A stretch of 64,000 nt of DNA from Podarcis cretensis (lineage: Eukaryota), in contig OX638151.1 in assembly GCA_951804945.1 (NCBI GenBank), forward strand, positions 46,314,001-46,378,000, given 5' to 3'. A model generated the notes under the pieces. The model made no database searches and was not told the DNA's origin. It saw only the letters and a list, made by a program, of their open reading frames with translations. The first letter of the stretch is position 1. Every line of letters starts with the position of its first letter. This document shows positions 27,580-42,070 of the stretch, in pieces. Position numbers and translations under genes: made by a program.

Positions 27580-27626
27580 GTCCCTGAAGAGTGGCTGGGG
27601 CAGTCAGATGAGTGGGGTACAAATAA

Positions 27627-27674
<48 letters not shown>
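27580..27674 (+). repeat. L2 3' tip with a (TTA)n microsatellite
   Basis: AGAGTGGCTGGGG...CAGATG...GGGGTACAAATAAA matches the 3' end of the L2 at 40061-40110, followed by about 16 TTA units. Confidence 0.8.
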
Positions 27675-27676
<2 letters not shown>

Positions 27677-28266
27677 ATACGTTGGGCTTGAATTAAACCT
27701 TTTGGCAGGTACTTGATGTGTTCTCCTCTCTTCCTGGTACCTTTTGCAGCACAGTTTGAACCTCGCAAATATTTGGCACATCACAAGTGGTACTGAACAC
27801 TAAGATATTAATCTTAAAGATACTTAAGAAAAACGCAGATAATTTGTGAGCTTGACCATTTAGGCTGCAATCCTAATGATGTCTACTCAAAGGTAAATTC
27901 TATTTAATTCAGTGGAGCTTACTTCCAGGTAAATGGGGTTAGTTGCAGAGCCCCAGACTCTTAACTGTTTTGATTTGGGATGTCAGTGCTAAAGCTGGTG
28001 GATTAGTCCTTGTTATTTAGAGTTGCAATGCTTAATGGTTAGCATGCTACAAGTCTTTTAGCCAGCTGAAAACGTGCCCTCGATTAACCAGGCAGACTTT
28101 TAAAAATTATATTTTTATTATACATGTGCTTACAAAAGCTGAAGCATAAAATCACCATAAAATTAACAATAAAATACCAACAAATAGCACTAATAAAACA
28201 TGCCAGCAAAACACTCATGTACTGTAAATATGTTAGCTTTCTGGAAAACACTGCTATAGTCTAGGC

Positions 28267-28385
28267 CAGGCTTCCTCAAACTCGGCCCTCCCAGATGTTT
28301 TGAGACTACAGTTCCCGTCATCCCTGACCACTGGTCCTGCTAGCTAGGCCAAAAACATCTGGAGAGCCGAGTTTGAGGAAACCTG
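28267..28385. mobile_element. hAT (Charlie-type) hairpin MITE
   Basis: TIR CAGGCTTCCTCAAACTCGGC / GCCGAGTTTGAGGAAACCTG and perfect 8-bp TSD GTCTAGGC. Confidence 0.88.
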
Positions 28386-28569
28386 GTCTAGGCCCTTTTA
28401 AACCCTATTTACTAATATCTTCCACTGACAATAAGGGAGTGCAACACAAGATGGTAATTAATGAGCTCATTTTAATAATAAAAGTACATGCACACAATTA
28501 TGTAATTTGTTTAAAATGAGATGGAGCTTACATAATCAATGCTCTATCAGCCAGTAGTCTAAGAAGACT

Positions 28570-28727
28570 GGGGAAAGAGCATCTGCTTTACATACAGAAG
28601 ATCCCGAGTTCAATCCCCAGCATCTCCAGGTAGGGTTGGGAGATACTCCTGTCTGAAATCTTGGAGAGCTGCTGCTAGATGGACCAATGGTCTGACTTGG
28701 AACAAGGCAGCTTCCTATGCTCCTATG
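28570..28727 (+). mobile_element. Squam3-like SINE (tRNA head, CR1-like tail)
   Basis: AGAGCATCTGCTT...GAGTTCAATCCCCAGCATCTCCAGGTAGGG...GATGGACCAATGGTCTGACT...CTTCCTATG. Confidence 0.75.
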
Positions 28728-29909
28728 ATACCTCTCAGACCTCCATTCTGGACTTCTGGGAAGCCAGGGCTAAGCAGAATAACAAAATCAGAAGTGGGAA
28801 TGCAAGAAACAACCCACTCGCAATCCTGCAAGTCTACACATGGCAGAATTTTCTCTGAAAAGTTACCATATATCTTGCAACGGTTGTCTACAAATACGGT
28901 TTTGCAGTTTGAGAACCCAGCTACTAATGTTTCACATGATTTATTAACCTAATGACTCACCTTCCCTCAATTAGTATCATCAGCCTTTCCAGAGATAATT
29001 CATAGTTTTCTGTTTTAATGAAGGACTATATAATAGGACAGTGGGCAAGTTATAGGATAAATTATTTGCTCTAAAATTCCACAACTGTACTGCATGTACT
29101 ATACCAAATTTCACTGCATGATCTGTATTTATTCATTTTGAAAAATACATTAATAGTTCTATTTACTCAGCAATAGAGTCCCATCAGACCTAGACTGATA
29201 GCAGGAACTCAGCATCAGCCAAACCATTGAAAATACAGGGAAATAAGCCTTCATGGCCTTTCCACACTCTGCACCAGTGGGGAACTCAAGGCAACGGGGC
29301 TGAATGTGATATTCTCTATCTGGCCTTCAGAACTCACTCCAGGCCACACATATGTCTGGTACCACTTCACTGTTTGGGGATTATTTTTTTCTGGCTGGAA
29401 TGTGTCCTTTAATTCTTGTTCATCTGCGTGGAGAATAGCAATGGATGCATGAGTGTGTCTAGCCTACTGTGCAAATGTAAAATCTACATTCATTGCTCTG
29501 CTCACTTTCACATCAGGCCCCACCCACCATTGGTGTGTGGCTTCCCAAAGGTTGCCTAGAAAGGAAGGCAGCCTTCATGCTGAAAAAGTTTCCCCAGCCC
29601 TGCTCTATTGAAATTCAAGCAAGGCAAGATAAATATAGCTGATAGACAAAGACCATCACAGCTAAAGACCGACAAAACAACCCTACCCCTTCCCGAACTA
29701 GTCATATACAGTTTCCAAGGAGTGGAACACAACAAGACACTGCCAGAACAGCAGCCACAAAATAAAGATATTCAACACACTTGCCAGTCTACACCAGGTG
29801 TGTTTTTTTTTAGACAACAGAAATATATGTAGCATCTCAAGCTGACACAAACTTTTGAGGGTATAGCAGCTTCTTTTTACCATTCCAATTGGTTTGCTTT
29901 AGTTGCCCT

Positions 29910-31145
29910 GTATGATTACCTCTGTCAGGAGAGAGACAGGGGAAATGTCTCCTTGTTAATAATTCTCATCAACCTCTCAGTGGCTTTTGATAACATCAAC
30001 CATAGTATCCTTCTGGAGAGACTGTATGAGTTAGGGCTGGGTGGCACACCTTTGTGGTCATTTCAGAGGGAGAGTACTCTTCAGCTCCATGGAACCTTCC
30101 ATTGTGGGGCTCCTTGTTTAACATGTACATAAAGCTACTGAGTGGGGTAATCTAAAGATTTGGAGTACATTGTCAACAATATGCCAATGACACACAGCTC
30201 TGCTTCTCCTTTACATCTATGGGGATGGCAGGGGATGAGCTGGACCATTGTCTCAACAATGCACTGGATAAGAGTCAACAAACTGAAGTTAAATCCAGAT
30301 AAGACAGAGGCATTGTTAGTGGGTGGTTCCCTAGACCTGATGGATGGAAGGTTGCCTGCTCATGATGGCATTACACTCCATCTGAAGGACTGGTCACATA
30401 GTTTTGGGGTACTGCTTGATTCTTTGCTGCCGCTTGAGGCCCAGGTGCCCTCAGTGGTGCAGAATGCTTTCCATCAGCTTTGGCTGGTGGTCTACCTGCA
30501 CCCCTGTCTGAAAATGGATAGCCTATTGTCTATGCTCTGATAACCTCTGGGTTAGATTACTGCAACACATACATAGGGCTGCCTCTGAAGATCATTTGGG
30601 AACTTCAGCTGCTGCAGAATTTGGCAGCCAAGTTGCTCACCAGGGAAAGATGGTTTGAGCCTATTACACTGATCCTGGCCCAACTGCACAGGTTGTAAAT
30701 TAGTTTCTGGGCCCAATTCTAAGTGCTGACTTTAACCTCTACAGCTCAGAACTGCAATACCTCAAGGACCACTCCATATGAACTGACTGGGACCCTGTGA
30801 TCATCATCTAAGGCCCTTCTTTGTTTGCCTCCTTCACGAGAGGTCCAGAGGGTGGAAACACAAGAACAGGCCTTTCTGGAGCTGGGCTCCCCATTTGTGG
30901 AATGCGCTCCCCAAAGAGGCTAGCCTGGCGCCTTTATTACATATCTTTAGGCACCAGGCAAAAATGTTTCTCTTTAACTAGGCATTTGGCTGATTAAAAT
31001 TTTATGGATTTTAAAATGTGTTTGTAGAAGGGGATTTTTTTGGTTTGTGTTGCTGTTGTTCTTATTCTCATTTTGTATTTTTCTGTTGTGAATTACCCGG
31101 GATCTTCGAAAGGGCAGTATGCAAATTTAATAAAAATAAATAAAT
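29910..31145 (+). mobile_element. Degenerate L2 LINE, 3' portion
   Basis: Remnant motifs (AFDNINH, NKLKLNPDKTEALLV, LDYCN) and a typical L2 3' end with an AATAAA-rich tail. Confidence 0.85.
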
Positions 31146-32459
31146 TATATCTGCTGGAATCATTGAGCCACAATTTTAGAAGCAATAAATCCATATAATA
31201 TGCAAATCCACAATCTTCCCTGCAACATACAAGAACCATCCTTGTCTTTACCACTTCCAGCAGCAATTGAAAAGTGAAAATGGATTTTCATTACCGTACA
31301 GAGAACACCACTTATTCACTAGCTCATACCTCTCATACTACAGTACCATGGGAAATAGCTCTTTGTCTTACTTGTAAATCAGGCATATTAATGTTTGGTG
31401 CTAATACAGAAATTGCTGGTATAAGATATAATGGCAAAAGTGCCAAGCATAGTGCAAGAAAAAGGGGAAGGCATGAACCCTGGACTATATCTAGCTTTTT
31501 TTGTACTTCAAATAGATAAAACTTTGGATGAGTTCTGTAGCTAGGTCTGCTGTTACAAATGGCATACTCACATTAAGTAAGGCAATAGGTACTAGTATCA
31601 AAACTCTTGGCCCTTCCAGTAATCATATTAACTATTTCTCTGTTCTAATGAATAAAGGTTCTGCCATAGTGGATAAGCAGGGACAGTAACCTTTTTAACC
31701 CAATTACTCTCCCTTGAAAGAAGAATGAAGATGAAATGGGTGGGAAAGTAGGCAGATTGCAGTACATAAAACAAAATGTTCTGAACTCTCCATGCTATAA
31801 ATTTAGAATTTCAAACCCTGGCCTGTTTATACCCAATTTTTAAAACTTTCATTTGTCTGAAGGGCATAAAACTGGGAAGAGCAGGATAAGTAATTATTTA
31901 AATATAAATCAAAAAGGGTCTATTTTGTTTCATCATCTTGTGGGAGGCTCAAAGCAGAAGCACTAATTTATTACTATAATTTCATCTTTCAGATTCAGAA
32001 ACCCCTATGTTCCAAAATAACATTGGTTGAGTACATTAATGTTTTCCTGAGAGTTTAAGCTGTATATCCTCAAACTTTCAGTTAGTAAGGGGGAGAGTGG
32101 GAGTCTTCTCAGTTACCTGTTTACAACTAACCAGTCAACAGTCTGAACAGGATATAGTTTATATGCTACAGTTTAACTTTTGATCTCTCAAGGTGATTAA
32201 CAACATGCCAAAAAAGCAGGAAACAGCACCCAATGTCCTTCCCACAGTGCTGTTGGTGTCAGGTGACCCTGTTGGAGGTTGGGAAGCCAGACTGAAGCAG
32301 GTCCCCAATGCTGTTTTCGCCTCCCTCCCTCTTTTCATTCTTGTCCAAACATAGTTGGGCTTGGTTAAAAAAAAAAATCCACCCTTTGCTACCACGTGGT
32401 GCGCCATTATGATAATATAGCACTCTGTGGTGTGAAGCAATGGGTGGAGCCAAAGGACC

Positions 32460-33299
32460 TGTTAGGGGACTGCCATCGGAACAGGGGAGGGAGGCAAAGG
32501 GAATGCAGAGAGCCTCCGAGGCTTCTGAGGAGCAGCTCCTTGTCCGGCAGTGGGGAAAGCCACACCTCCAGTGGAATAGAGAGGGAAGGGGCCAGGCAAG
32601 TGAGGAGAGGGCTCAAAGATGCTGCGGAGAGCCCAAGCACCTCACATAGCCCAGCTGGCCAGGAGGCAAACATGCAACTTCCGTTGCCCAGCTTGTGCAA
32701 AGGGGTTAAACGCAAGGAGGGGAGGCAGAGATTTGGGGTGTCTAAGTTCTTATGTTGGAGGAGAAGCCAGAAGGCGCCACTCCAAGTGACTAAGACGGAC
32801 ATGAACTTTGTGTTTCTGCACTGTAAATAGGTAAAGGTAAAGGTACCCCTGCCCGTACGGGCCAGTCTTGACAGACTCTGGGGTTGTGCGCCCATCTCAC
32901 TTAAGAGGCCAGGGGCCAGCGCTGTCCGGAGACACTTCCGGGTCACGTGGCCAGCGTGACATCGCTGCTCTGGCCAGAGCCAGAGCCAGAGCCAGAGCCG
33001 CACACGGAAACGCCGTTTACCTTCCCGCTGGTAAGCGGTCCCTATTTATCTACTTGCACCCGGAGGTGCTTTTGAACTGCTAGGTTGGCAGGCACTGGGA
33101 CCGAGCAGCGGGAGCGCACCCCGCCGCAGGGATTCGAACCGCCGACCTTTCGATCGGCAAGCCCTAGGCGCTGAGGCTTTAACCCACAGTGCCACCTGCG
33201 TCCCCCTGCACTGTAAATAGTTTGCACCAATAAAACCTGTAAAAGACAGGTCAGAGTCCTGCCTGGTTACTCACGAGCAACCACCACAAACATCTGACA
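32460..33299 (+). mobile_element. Solo LTR (about 450 bp excluding the SINE), interrupted by a Sauria SINE
   Basis: TGTTAG...CTGACA termini, TSD GGACC/GCACC (alternative start at 32426 with GCACTC/GCACCC), AATAAA at about 33229. Both ends resemble the LTR at 45999 (ACTGCCATCGGA; CACGAGCAACC). Confidence 0.75.
32831..33205 (-). mobile_element. Sauria SINE inserted in a solo LTR
   Basis: Near-identical to the 14010 copy; 15-bp TSD CTGCACTGTAAATAG. Confidence 0.92.
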
Positions 33300-36200
33300 G
33301 CACCCTACTAAGAAATCATTAACAATATCTGAAGAGTATATGATAGTTATTTGAAAACAGTTTAGGAAGCAAAATATTTGCTGTGAAGATTATATATCTG
33401 TGAGCTGCAGGGATAAACGATCTCTGGTAGGGGTGACTTATAGGCCGAGAAATCATTCCCAAATTAGATCAATTCTACAGCAGGAATTTAATAAAGGATA
33501 TGTACAGGTGACCTCTAGAATATAATTCCAAGTTTCACTTTATGCTCCATAACGCCAGCATATAATCAAACAAAACACTTCTACTCTTCCCTCCCCCACC
33601 CCTTTATACATACCTTTCCATATTAGGGCCCTTTAGTTTTGCCAAACATTACTATTCTACAATCAGCTGAAAGCATCATTATAACTGTGATTCAAATACA
33701 GCATTTAACTCCCCAACCACTACAAATACCAACCTGGTGGGCATTAACAACCATGCATTCAGCCTTAAACCTAGAGCCTAGTTTACTCAGAAGGAAGGCC
33801 AGATAAACAACAGTGTAACTGGAGCAATTTCACCAGGGCTAATGCCTGCAAGGGGGCCTAGCCTCTGGCCTTTGATTAAAAAAAATCAATGCAAGCAGAT
33901 GTGGCAGCCTGACAATCTGTGCCTTTCAGCATGTGTAGCCAACAGGTGACGCGACAACGTTGATTGATGAGTGGATAACCAGGAGTTGCTCTGGTCACCT
34001 GACACACCTCCTTAAATTCATGTGCTGGCTACTAGTCAGTTTCCAGATCCACAAAGATCTTCTACTCCTTACGTTCAAAGCGCTCCATGACCTTGCATAT
34101 CCTTCCATTTCTCTGCTTTTGTAACCCAATACAACCTTACTTGTGATCTCCTCCTGCTTTCTAAACACTCAAAAGTGCCTACTCCACAGGACGGGCAGAT
34201 GTCCTCTGGCTTGCTTGTGTGATGTGAGCATGCCCGGCAGTGTGTGTGCCTGGCCGCCGAGGACTTTAAGGGCCCCAGCTTCTTTACTGAAAATTTCGGG
34301 GGGGGGGGTCTGGTCCCCCGGAACTCACCCCCCCACACAGTGATCCTGCCACAAAATGATCCTCCATGCAAAAATGTTTTACCTCAATATGTTGACCGGG
34401 GGGGGGGGAGGGGGTATGGTGGTCTCCCAACCTGCAGTCTTCAGTGGTACAACCCAAATGCTGGTTTACCACTTCAATGAAAACAAGTGAGAAATACGCA
34501 CTAACTATACGCATTGCTGATACATACTTTTCCTGCAAAACAGTTAAAGGCTGCTACTAAAGTGCCCTCTATTTTTGATGCCCAAGTGCCCAGAATACTA
34601 TTGTTGATTCACAGTCTCTTGTGCATGGCTGCTTGAAGTGTTTGCCCTCCATGGTTCACTTGCTTTAGATACTGTTCAAATATTTTGTTAGTGTTGCTTA
34701 CTCTGCTGAACTTTGTTGTCTAAGCTACTGTTAAGTTTTAGTCAACTTTTCTTCTGGGTTGTTTACCTGGTTTAGGTTGGGAGCAGGAATAGGCAGAAAG
34801 ACTGGTTACTTTTTGTTTTAAATGACATAAATAGTATAGAAAGCATTTGTCAGTTCTGTATAATCAAGATATATGGCAGCACTAATTAAGTTAGTGCCAA
34901 AGATAATAATTTTGAAGAACAATAAAAACATTATTTCCCCCCCTAACAAATATATGGGGATTAGAGGTGTTATAAACAAACAAGTTAAACAAATTTTCCC
35001 ATCCTTAAGGAGGATAGAAAGCACAGCTCTGCTTATCTGAGAATGGGAAAATTGTGAGAAAAGACAATGGAGTAGATCCATTGAAAGCAATATACTTAAG
35101 TACACTGATTTCAGTGGATTTACTGTAAGATGGATTGATCATCTTAGAGTCCAACTTTACTTAGAAGATGTGTCTTATTGCATTCATTCAATGGTGCTAA
35201 AGAAAGAAATACTGTATACAGTTTGTGAATTTCCTAGACAAGTTGGGCAGGAATCAAATGGCTATAAAAGAACTGAATATTGTTTTCAGTTGATCTTTTC
35301 CCATTACTATGAGCTCTGATAAAGTATGCAAACCTCATAAAAATGGGGCCCTTAAGGCATATTTTGATCATATTTTTCCTGACATTACAACTACCTGTGC
35401 TAAGTAAGTAGATTTGTGCAGCATGATTTATTCTAATCATTTTAAGGGATGCAGAATCCCCATTTAACATTTCCATGCATAGCATTAAGAGTTGCAGATG
35501 TGGCTATTCCAAGTGAGAAGTGGGGGGAGGGAATCAAACATCTGCTAATGTGGGGGTTCCAATGCAAGCACGCTGCCAGAATTCTTAGTACTATATTTGT
35601 TGCAGGAGGAAGAGAAAGGGATTTTGTTAGAATGGCAAATTAACAGATGGCACTCTAATCCTTAAACGATTACCAAATAAAGTAGTACAGGGCATATGAA
35701 CTAGATAAGGTGATAGAAAAACATCACTACAAGCACCATTCAGTGCTGTGTGGCTGTTAAAATATGCTTAAGGAGATCAGGGTTAGAAAGAGTCCTCCCA
35801 TTCACAATCACCACACCATTTTTTTCAATTGGACATGTGTGCAGTAGATATTTCTTTACTAATGCACATACATACCTTTAAATATATACATCCCTAGAAA
35901 GTGTGCAACGAACATTACAATGTATTTCACAGTGGGCAAAAGGAGGGGTTAATATTTTGGCGGAGGGATATTCTCACAAAAATATACAACTTGCCCCTTT
36001 CTGAGAGGAAAGCAGATTCCTGCAGAAGACTCTCCTTGGATTGGTCGCTAGAAAGCCACCCAGAGAAGTCTGTCTGACTGCTTTCCTCTCTCCCTTTCCC
36101 AGTATGGTCCCCACTTTCAACAGAGGAAGGTTTTCTAAATAATCCATGATGTCACAAAAGCATTTGCAAATATTTAAAAAAGATTCTTTTTGCTCCCATT

Positions 36201-37409
36201 CAAATACTAAATGGACAATATTCTAGTCAATTACAGGTAACTCAGACATTGCTGTTTGCTTCCAGGAAGCTTTGCACAAGAATGTTGTTGTGCAAACCTC
36301 AATATTAAAAAAGAAAGAAAGCTTGCTTTATAATATGCAAATGCACTTTCACTATGTCACTTCAGTTTTAGCTGCTGGTTTGAAGAGCAAAAAAGAGGAT
36401 ACATTTGCCGACTTCTACTTTTAACGATGGATTGCTATGATGAACCTCATTTTACATACCCATGAAAAAGAGGACATGTCCTGCAAAACGAGGACATATG
36501 GCAACCCTAGAATACTGAGGTTTTGTGCAAGAATTGTCTTGTGCAAAACCTCCATATTAGAACAAAAGAAAAGCTTGATTTAAGTTTTTCAAACATACAC
36601 CCAGCATTCAGCAACTGGAAATAGGTGCACTTTTAAAAATAAGCATTGTCACAGCTGGGTACTACGTGGACCTGCTGATTTGTTAGTTTTCAATTTGTCA
36701 GTAAAGCCCATAACTTTTTCTCTATTTTCCACTATTTGTGTCAGTTCCTCACTCATTGGCTAAGTTAGCTTAAACACAGGGATCTGTATGATATTTTCTG
36801 CAGTGAAGACAGCTGCAAGGGATTCATCTTCTCTACAATTTCTTTTTCTTCCTTTAGCACATCTTTGACTCCCTTGACCACTTCCCTAGCTGGTTTGTTG
36901 TTGTTTTTTGCTCCTAATGTATTTAAGTAATTTTTATTACTATTGCTCTTAACATTAAGTTTAAACATACTGACATTAAAAAGCTTCATGGGATTTTAAC
37001 CTTGGCTTCCTGCACAGCTAAATCTAACACTAACCATAGCAACTCAGTGAATATCTAAAAAACAAACTCTGAAAACAGAGCATAGCATTCTTAAGTATCA
37101 AGAAAGTGCTTGTTTTCCCCAATGCCATTTTCATTCTTCACCCTCAGTCCTCTTTTAACTCATTTTTCCAGGCTGCTTTGTACTTCTCTTTGCTATGGCA
37201 GTCTGCATGATTGAGTGTATAAACCCACAGTTGGGCATCAAGACATTATGCTTGAGCACAGCAGCTTGTAACATTCGGAATGTTAGTTTTTTTTGCTAAG
37301 GATGAACTTTTCATGAACTAAAAGTTTAATCAGGATGGAATTGAACTGAACCACTTCCTCTTTTAAAAACGAGCTTTTTAAACATCACAAGCACCTAGAA
37401 TTTGGCTCA

Positions 37410-38050
37410 ATAGCATAGTGGCAGCCAGTGCAGCTCTTTCTATGATCCGCACCAAGCACCGAGTCAGAGCATTCTGCAGTAGCTGCAGCTTCTCAACAGT
37501 CTTCAAGGCAGCCACCCACAGAGCACATTACAGCAAGCCAGCTGTGAGGTCAGCAGTGCATGGATCACTGTGGCAAAGCTACTCCTCTCCAGGAACAGCT
37601 GGAGATGCTTCTCCTTGCCACTTAAACCACTTGCTCTTCCAACGTCAGCACTGAATTAAGGAGCATCCACAGGGGAATGCAAACCTATCAAAAAACAAGC
37701 CCATTTACCTAATTATTAAACTCAAATTCCACCTACCTATGTGCAGCCATCTTGTTGGGATTGAGTCTCATCTTCTCAATCCAGCCAATTAGTCTCCTAG
37801 TAGTTTCATAGTATATGTGACAAGATGGAGCCCTGTAGGACCCTATAGTGCAAATGCCATGGGGCCAAGTGGCAATCCTTCCTTCTGGAACAGGCCCTGT
37901 TAGCAGGAGTCGAACCAATTTCCAACCACAAAGATGATTCAGCAGGATTCCATAGTACCATAGCTGACAGTACTGAAAGACACTGAGAAATACTGTAAAG
38001 AAAAAGCAATGGATTTGCACTCTCCCTGTCCTCTTGAAAAAGGTCATACA
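37410..38050 (-). mobile_element. Old L2 LINE fragment
   Basis: Minus-strand remnants VLQGSILS and KMRLNPNKM. Confidence 0.65.
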
Positions 38051-40019
38051 TCCAGCAGCCCAAGTTTGTTTCTGTTCCAAGCCTAGGCCTGAATACACAC
38101 TGAAACAGGACCACATGCCATCTACTCATAAACAGGTCAGCATATACAAAGCATACAGTTTTCACCCCCATTAAGATGTCCCACTAACAAGCAGTCAAAT
38201 GTTATCAGAATTTCTAATATCAGAAAGGTTCCTTCTTCCATAGTATTCTAATAAAACTGATCAAATTAATGTTCACTGCCTACTTTCTATATACTCTCTG
38301 ATGTCTAACTTCTAATATTCTCAGCACTGTTTCCTCTATAAATAAGATATGAAGAAATCAGTAGAATAAGCACCTTTTGTTTCCAACACATCTGGTGTTG
38401 TACTAACAAACAAAAGATTTTCAGTGCCAGCCAGCCATGTTTAAACTTTGCTTAACTTACTTACCCTAAAATATTTCTGTTCCAAACTGTAGAAGACAGG
38501 GTTGATTATATCCAGACAAATCACCAAGTTTACTAGCTTTTATTTTCTTCTTGGTTTTCCTTCCTAGCACTATGCCAAGGTTATTTACCATTTCTGAATT
38601 CCATCCACGACAGTAGAGCCTCTGGGATACAAAAGTGGAAGGGAGCCATCGACTTTAACCTGCTTAACCACAAAGTCATAAGGAGTCAAAGATTTACACC
38701 TTTTCTCACTGAGCAAACACCCTGGTACACTATGTGACGGGTCATCATAACCTTTAATCATCATAAGCAAAGAGAAGTCTTGGTAATAGGCTATGACCCA
38801 GAATTAATGGACCATACACCTGCTGGACCTTTTCGTTCTTCTGTTTGTTGCCAATTATGCATTTGACACTGCTGCCACACAAACTGAGTAGACAAGAACA
38901 GTCCTATCCACTATGTAATTCTGGATTGGTCCAGTTCAGTGTCACCTTTCTATCTTCTGTTGTTCCATTTGTTACACACTGTCGTAAGTCAAATATTATG
39001 TTGCAAATTTAGTCAGGAGGTTTCAGGACTATACTAGAGTATACTGTATGTTACTCTTACTAGTATCAGTGCTTTTCATGTAATCACTTATGTGTGTGAA
39101 TGAGAGAAGGATGAGTGAATCTTTGGAAAGATGACTGTACAAGGTTGCCACAGTGAGAGAGAAAACAAGTTCCAGTGGCTTGTAGCTATACACAGGACTT
39201 CATTTTAAGCAAAACATCAGATTTAAGGAAAACAATATTCTTTGGAAGAAGAAACTACATGTTCCAGGACAGCCCATTTGTCTTGGCCCTAAAGGCACTT
39301 TGATAAGGACAAAGATTATGACCGTTGAGCCACATAACCAGAAAAGGGCTTGCAATTCTGAGACCTTGAAGGGGGGGGGGGGTCTGAAAGATTATGCAAG
39401 GATCTTGCAATTCCCATAACTTTCCAAGCCAGTCTTGAAATACAGAAAATTCTGTGCCATGTAATCAAATACTTAGCTGAGAGTATTTGGAGTCTAGCCA
39501 TCTTTGGGTAAAAACTTATGCCCCCAAGGAGCTTCCACCTCATCCCACCCACACCACTATGTTATTTAGCTGGTCACTTAGTTAGACACAGAAATCATAA
39601 TTAGTAACCATACTCCATCACAGTGTGCATGAATGTGTTGTTTGATTGAGAAGTCTTGAATAAAGGAAGTGTTGTGTTCAATTAACATTCAATCAGAGAA
39701 AGACACACTGAAATCAATGTCCATGATTAACTTAGCTCCAGTAATTTCCATGGGTCTATTCTGAGTAAAGTTAGTTGAATGGAACCCAAAATTATTATAA
39801 AGTTATCAAAACTGGAGACAGTGCCTTGGTCTCTGTGCACTCCTCCTCTAGTCCCAGGCTACAATCATGACATATTCCATTCTGGACCCAGTTGTTATCT
39901 TGCCATTGCCATCTGATAAATATATTATCTTCACTGATGTCAACCTCTGACCCCTATTGCGCAGCATTTCCAGAACCAGCATCTGGGGCAACTGACTCCT
40001 GTCTCCCAAAAGAAACCTA

Positions 40020-40021
<2 letters not shown>

Positions 40022-40061
<40 letters not shown>

Positions 40062-42070
40062 TTATTATTTGTACCCCGCCCATCTGGCTGGGTTTCCCCA
40101 GCCACTCTGGGCGGCTTCCAACAAAGATGAAAAATACACTAAAATGTCACATATTAAAAACTTCCCTGAACAGGGCTGCCTTCAGATGTCTTCTGAATGT
40201 CAGGTAGTTGTTTATCGCTTTGACATCTGATGGGAGGGCGTTCCACAGGGCGGGCGCCACTACCGAGAAGGCCCTCTGCCTGGTTCCCTGTAACTTGGCC
40301 TCTCGCAGTGAGGGAACTGCCAGAAGGCCCTCGGTGCTGGACCTCAGTGTCCGGGCAGAACAATGGGGGAGGAGACGCTCCTTCAAATATACTGGACCGA
40401 GGCCATTTAGGGCTTTAAAGGTCAGCACCAACACTTTGAATTGTGCTCGGAAACGTACTGGGAGCCAATGTAGGTCTTTCAAGACTGGTGTTATATGGTC
40501 TCGGCGGCCGCTTCCAGTCACCAGTCTAGCTGCCGCGTTCTGGATTAGTTGTAGTTTCCGGGTCACCTTCAAAGGTAGCCCCACGTAGAGCGCATTGCAG
40601 TAGTCCAAGAGGGAGATAACCAGAGCATGCACCACTCTGGCGAGACAGTACGCAGGCAGATAGGGTCTCAGCCTACGTACCAGATGGAGCTGGTAAACAG
40701 CTGCCCTGGATGCAGATTTGACCTGTGCCTCCATGGACAGCTGTGAGTCCAAAATGACTCCCAGGCTGCGCACCTGGTCCTTCAGGGGCACAGTTACCCC
40801 ATTCAGGACAAGGGAGTCCTCCACACCTGCCCGCCTCCTGTCTCCCAAAAACAGTACTTCTGTCTTGTCAGGATTCAACCTCAATCTGTTAGCCGCCATC
40901 CATCCTCCAACCGCCTCCAGACACTCACACAGGACCTTCACCGCCTTCACTGGTTCTGATTTAAAAGAGAGGTAGAGCTGGGTATCATCCGCATACTGAT
41001 GAACACCCAGCCCAAACCTCCTGATGATCTCTCCCAGCGGCTGCATGTAAATGTTGAAAAGCATGGGGGAGAGGACAGAACCCTGAGGCACCCCACAAGT
41101 GAGAGCCCAGGGGTCTGAACACTCATCCCCCCCACCACTTTCTGAACACGGCCCAGGAGGAAGGAGCGGAACCACTGTATGACAGTGCCCCCAGCTCCCA
41201 GCCCCTCAAGACGGTCTAGAAGGGTGTTATGGTCGATGGTATCAAACACCGCTGAGAGATCCAGCAGAACTAGGAAACAGCTCTCACCTTTGTCCCTAGC
41301 CCGCCGGAGATCATCAACCAGTGCGACCAAGGCAGTTTCAGTCCCATGAATCCCGACTGGAAGGGATCCAAATGGTCCGCTTCTTCCAGGCGTGCCTGGA
41401 GTTGTTCAGCAACCACTCGCTCAATCACCTTGCCCAAGAATGGAAGGTTTGAGACTGGGCGATAGTTGGCCATCGTGGCCGCATCTAAAGATGTTTTTTT
41501 AAGAAGCGGTTTAATAACCACCTCTTTCAGCGGGTCTGGGAAGGCTCCCTCACGGAGGGAAGCATTCACCACCCCACGAAGCCCATCGCCCAGCCCTTCC
41601 CGGCTAGCTTTTATAAGCCAGGATGGGCAAGGATCCAGGAGACAGGTGGTTGGCTTCACTCGTCCAAGCAGCCTGTCCACATCCTCGGAGGTAACAGATT
41701 GGAATTGATCCCACACAACTTGACTAGACAGGACTCTAGCACTCTCCCACCCTGGCCCTGCTCCCACGGTGGAGTCTACCTCTTCCCGAATCTGAGCGAT
41801 TTTATCTGCAAAAAACTTTGCGAAATCATTGCAGGAGATCATGTGGCCCGTACTGGGCCCCGATGTCGCAGGTGGTTCCGCTAAATTGTGAACCACCTGA
41901 AAAAGTCTCCTGCTGCTGTTTTCTGCAGATGCAATAGAGGCGGTAAAGAAAGTCTTCTTCACTGTCGCTATCGCCACATGGTAGGCTCAATGTTGAGCTC
42001 TAACCTGTGTCCGGTCAGATTCGGAATGAGTTATCCGCCACCAGCGCTCTAGCCGTCTCAACGATTGTTG
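40022..42070 (-). mobile_element. L2 LINE, 5'-truncated, relatively young; reverse transcriptase in three frames
   Basis: Minus-strand ORFs 41270-41977, 40947-41330 and 40147-41175 contain NYRPVSNLPFLGK, LLDLSAVFDTIDH, GVPQGSVLSP, YADDTQLY and LHWLPVRFR. (TTA)n tail; possible TSD AGGTAA. Confidence 0.95.

Noticed and set aside
27572-27784. ORFs with poly-Ile or poly-Leu runs (also 39848-40105)
   Set aside because: They are translations of (TTA)n L2 tails.
32407-33230. Repeated ORFs such as MRLWLWLWLW and RARARARA (also at 4.7-5.2 kb and 14.0-14.4 kb)
   Set aside because: They are translations of Sauria SINE copies, not genes.
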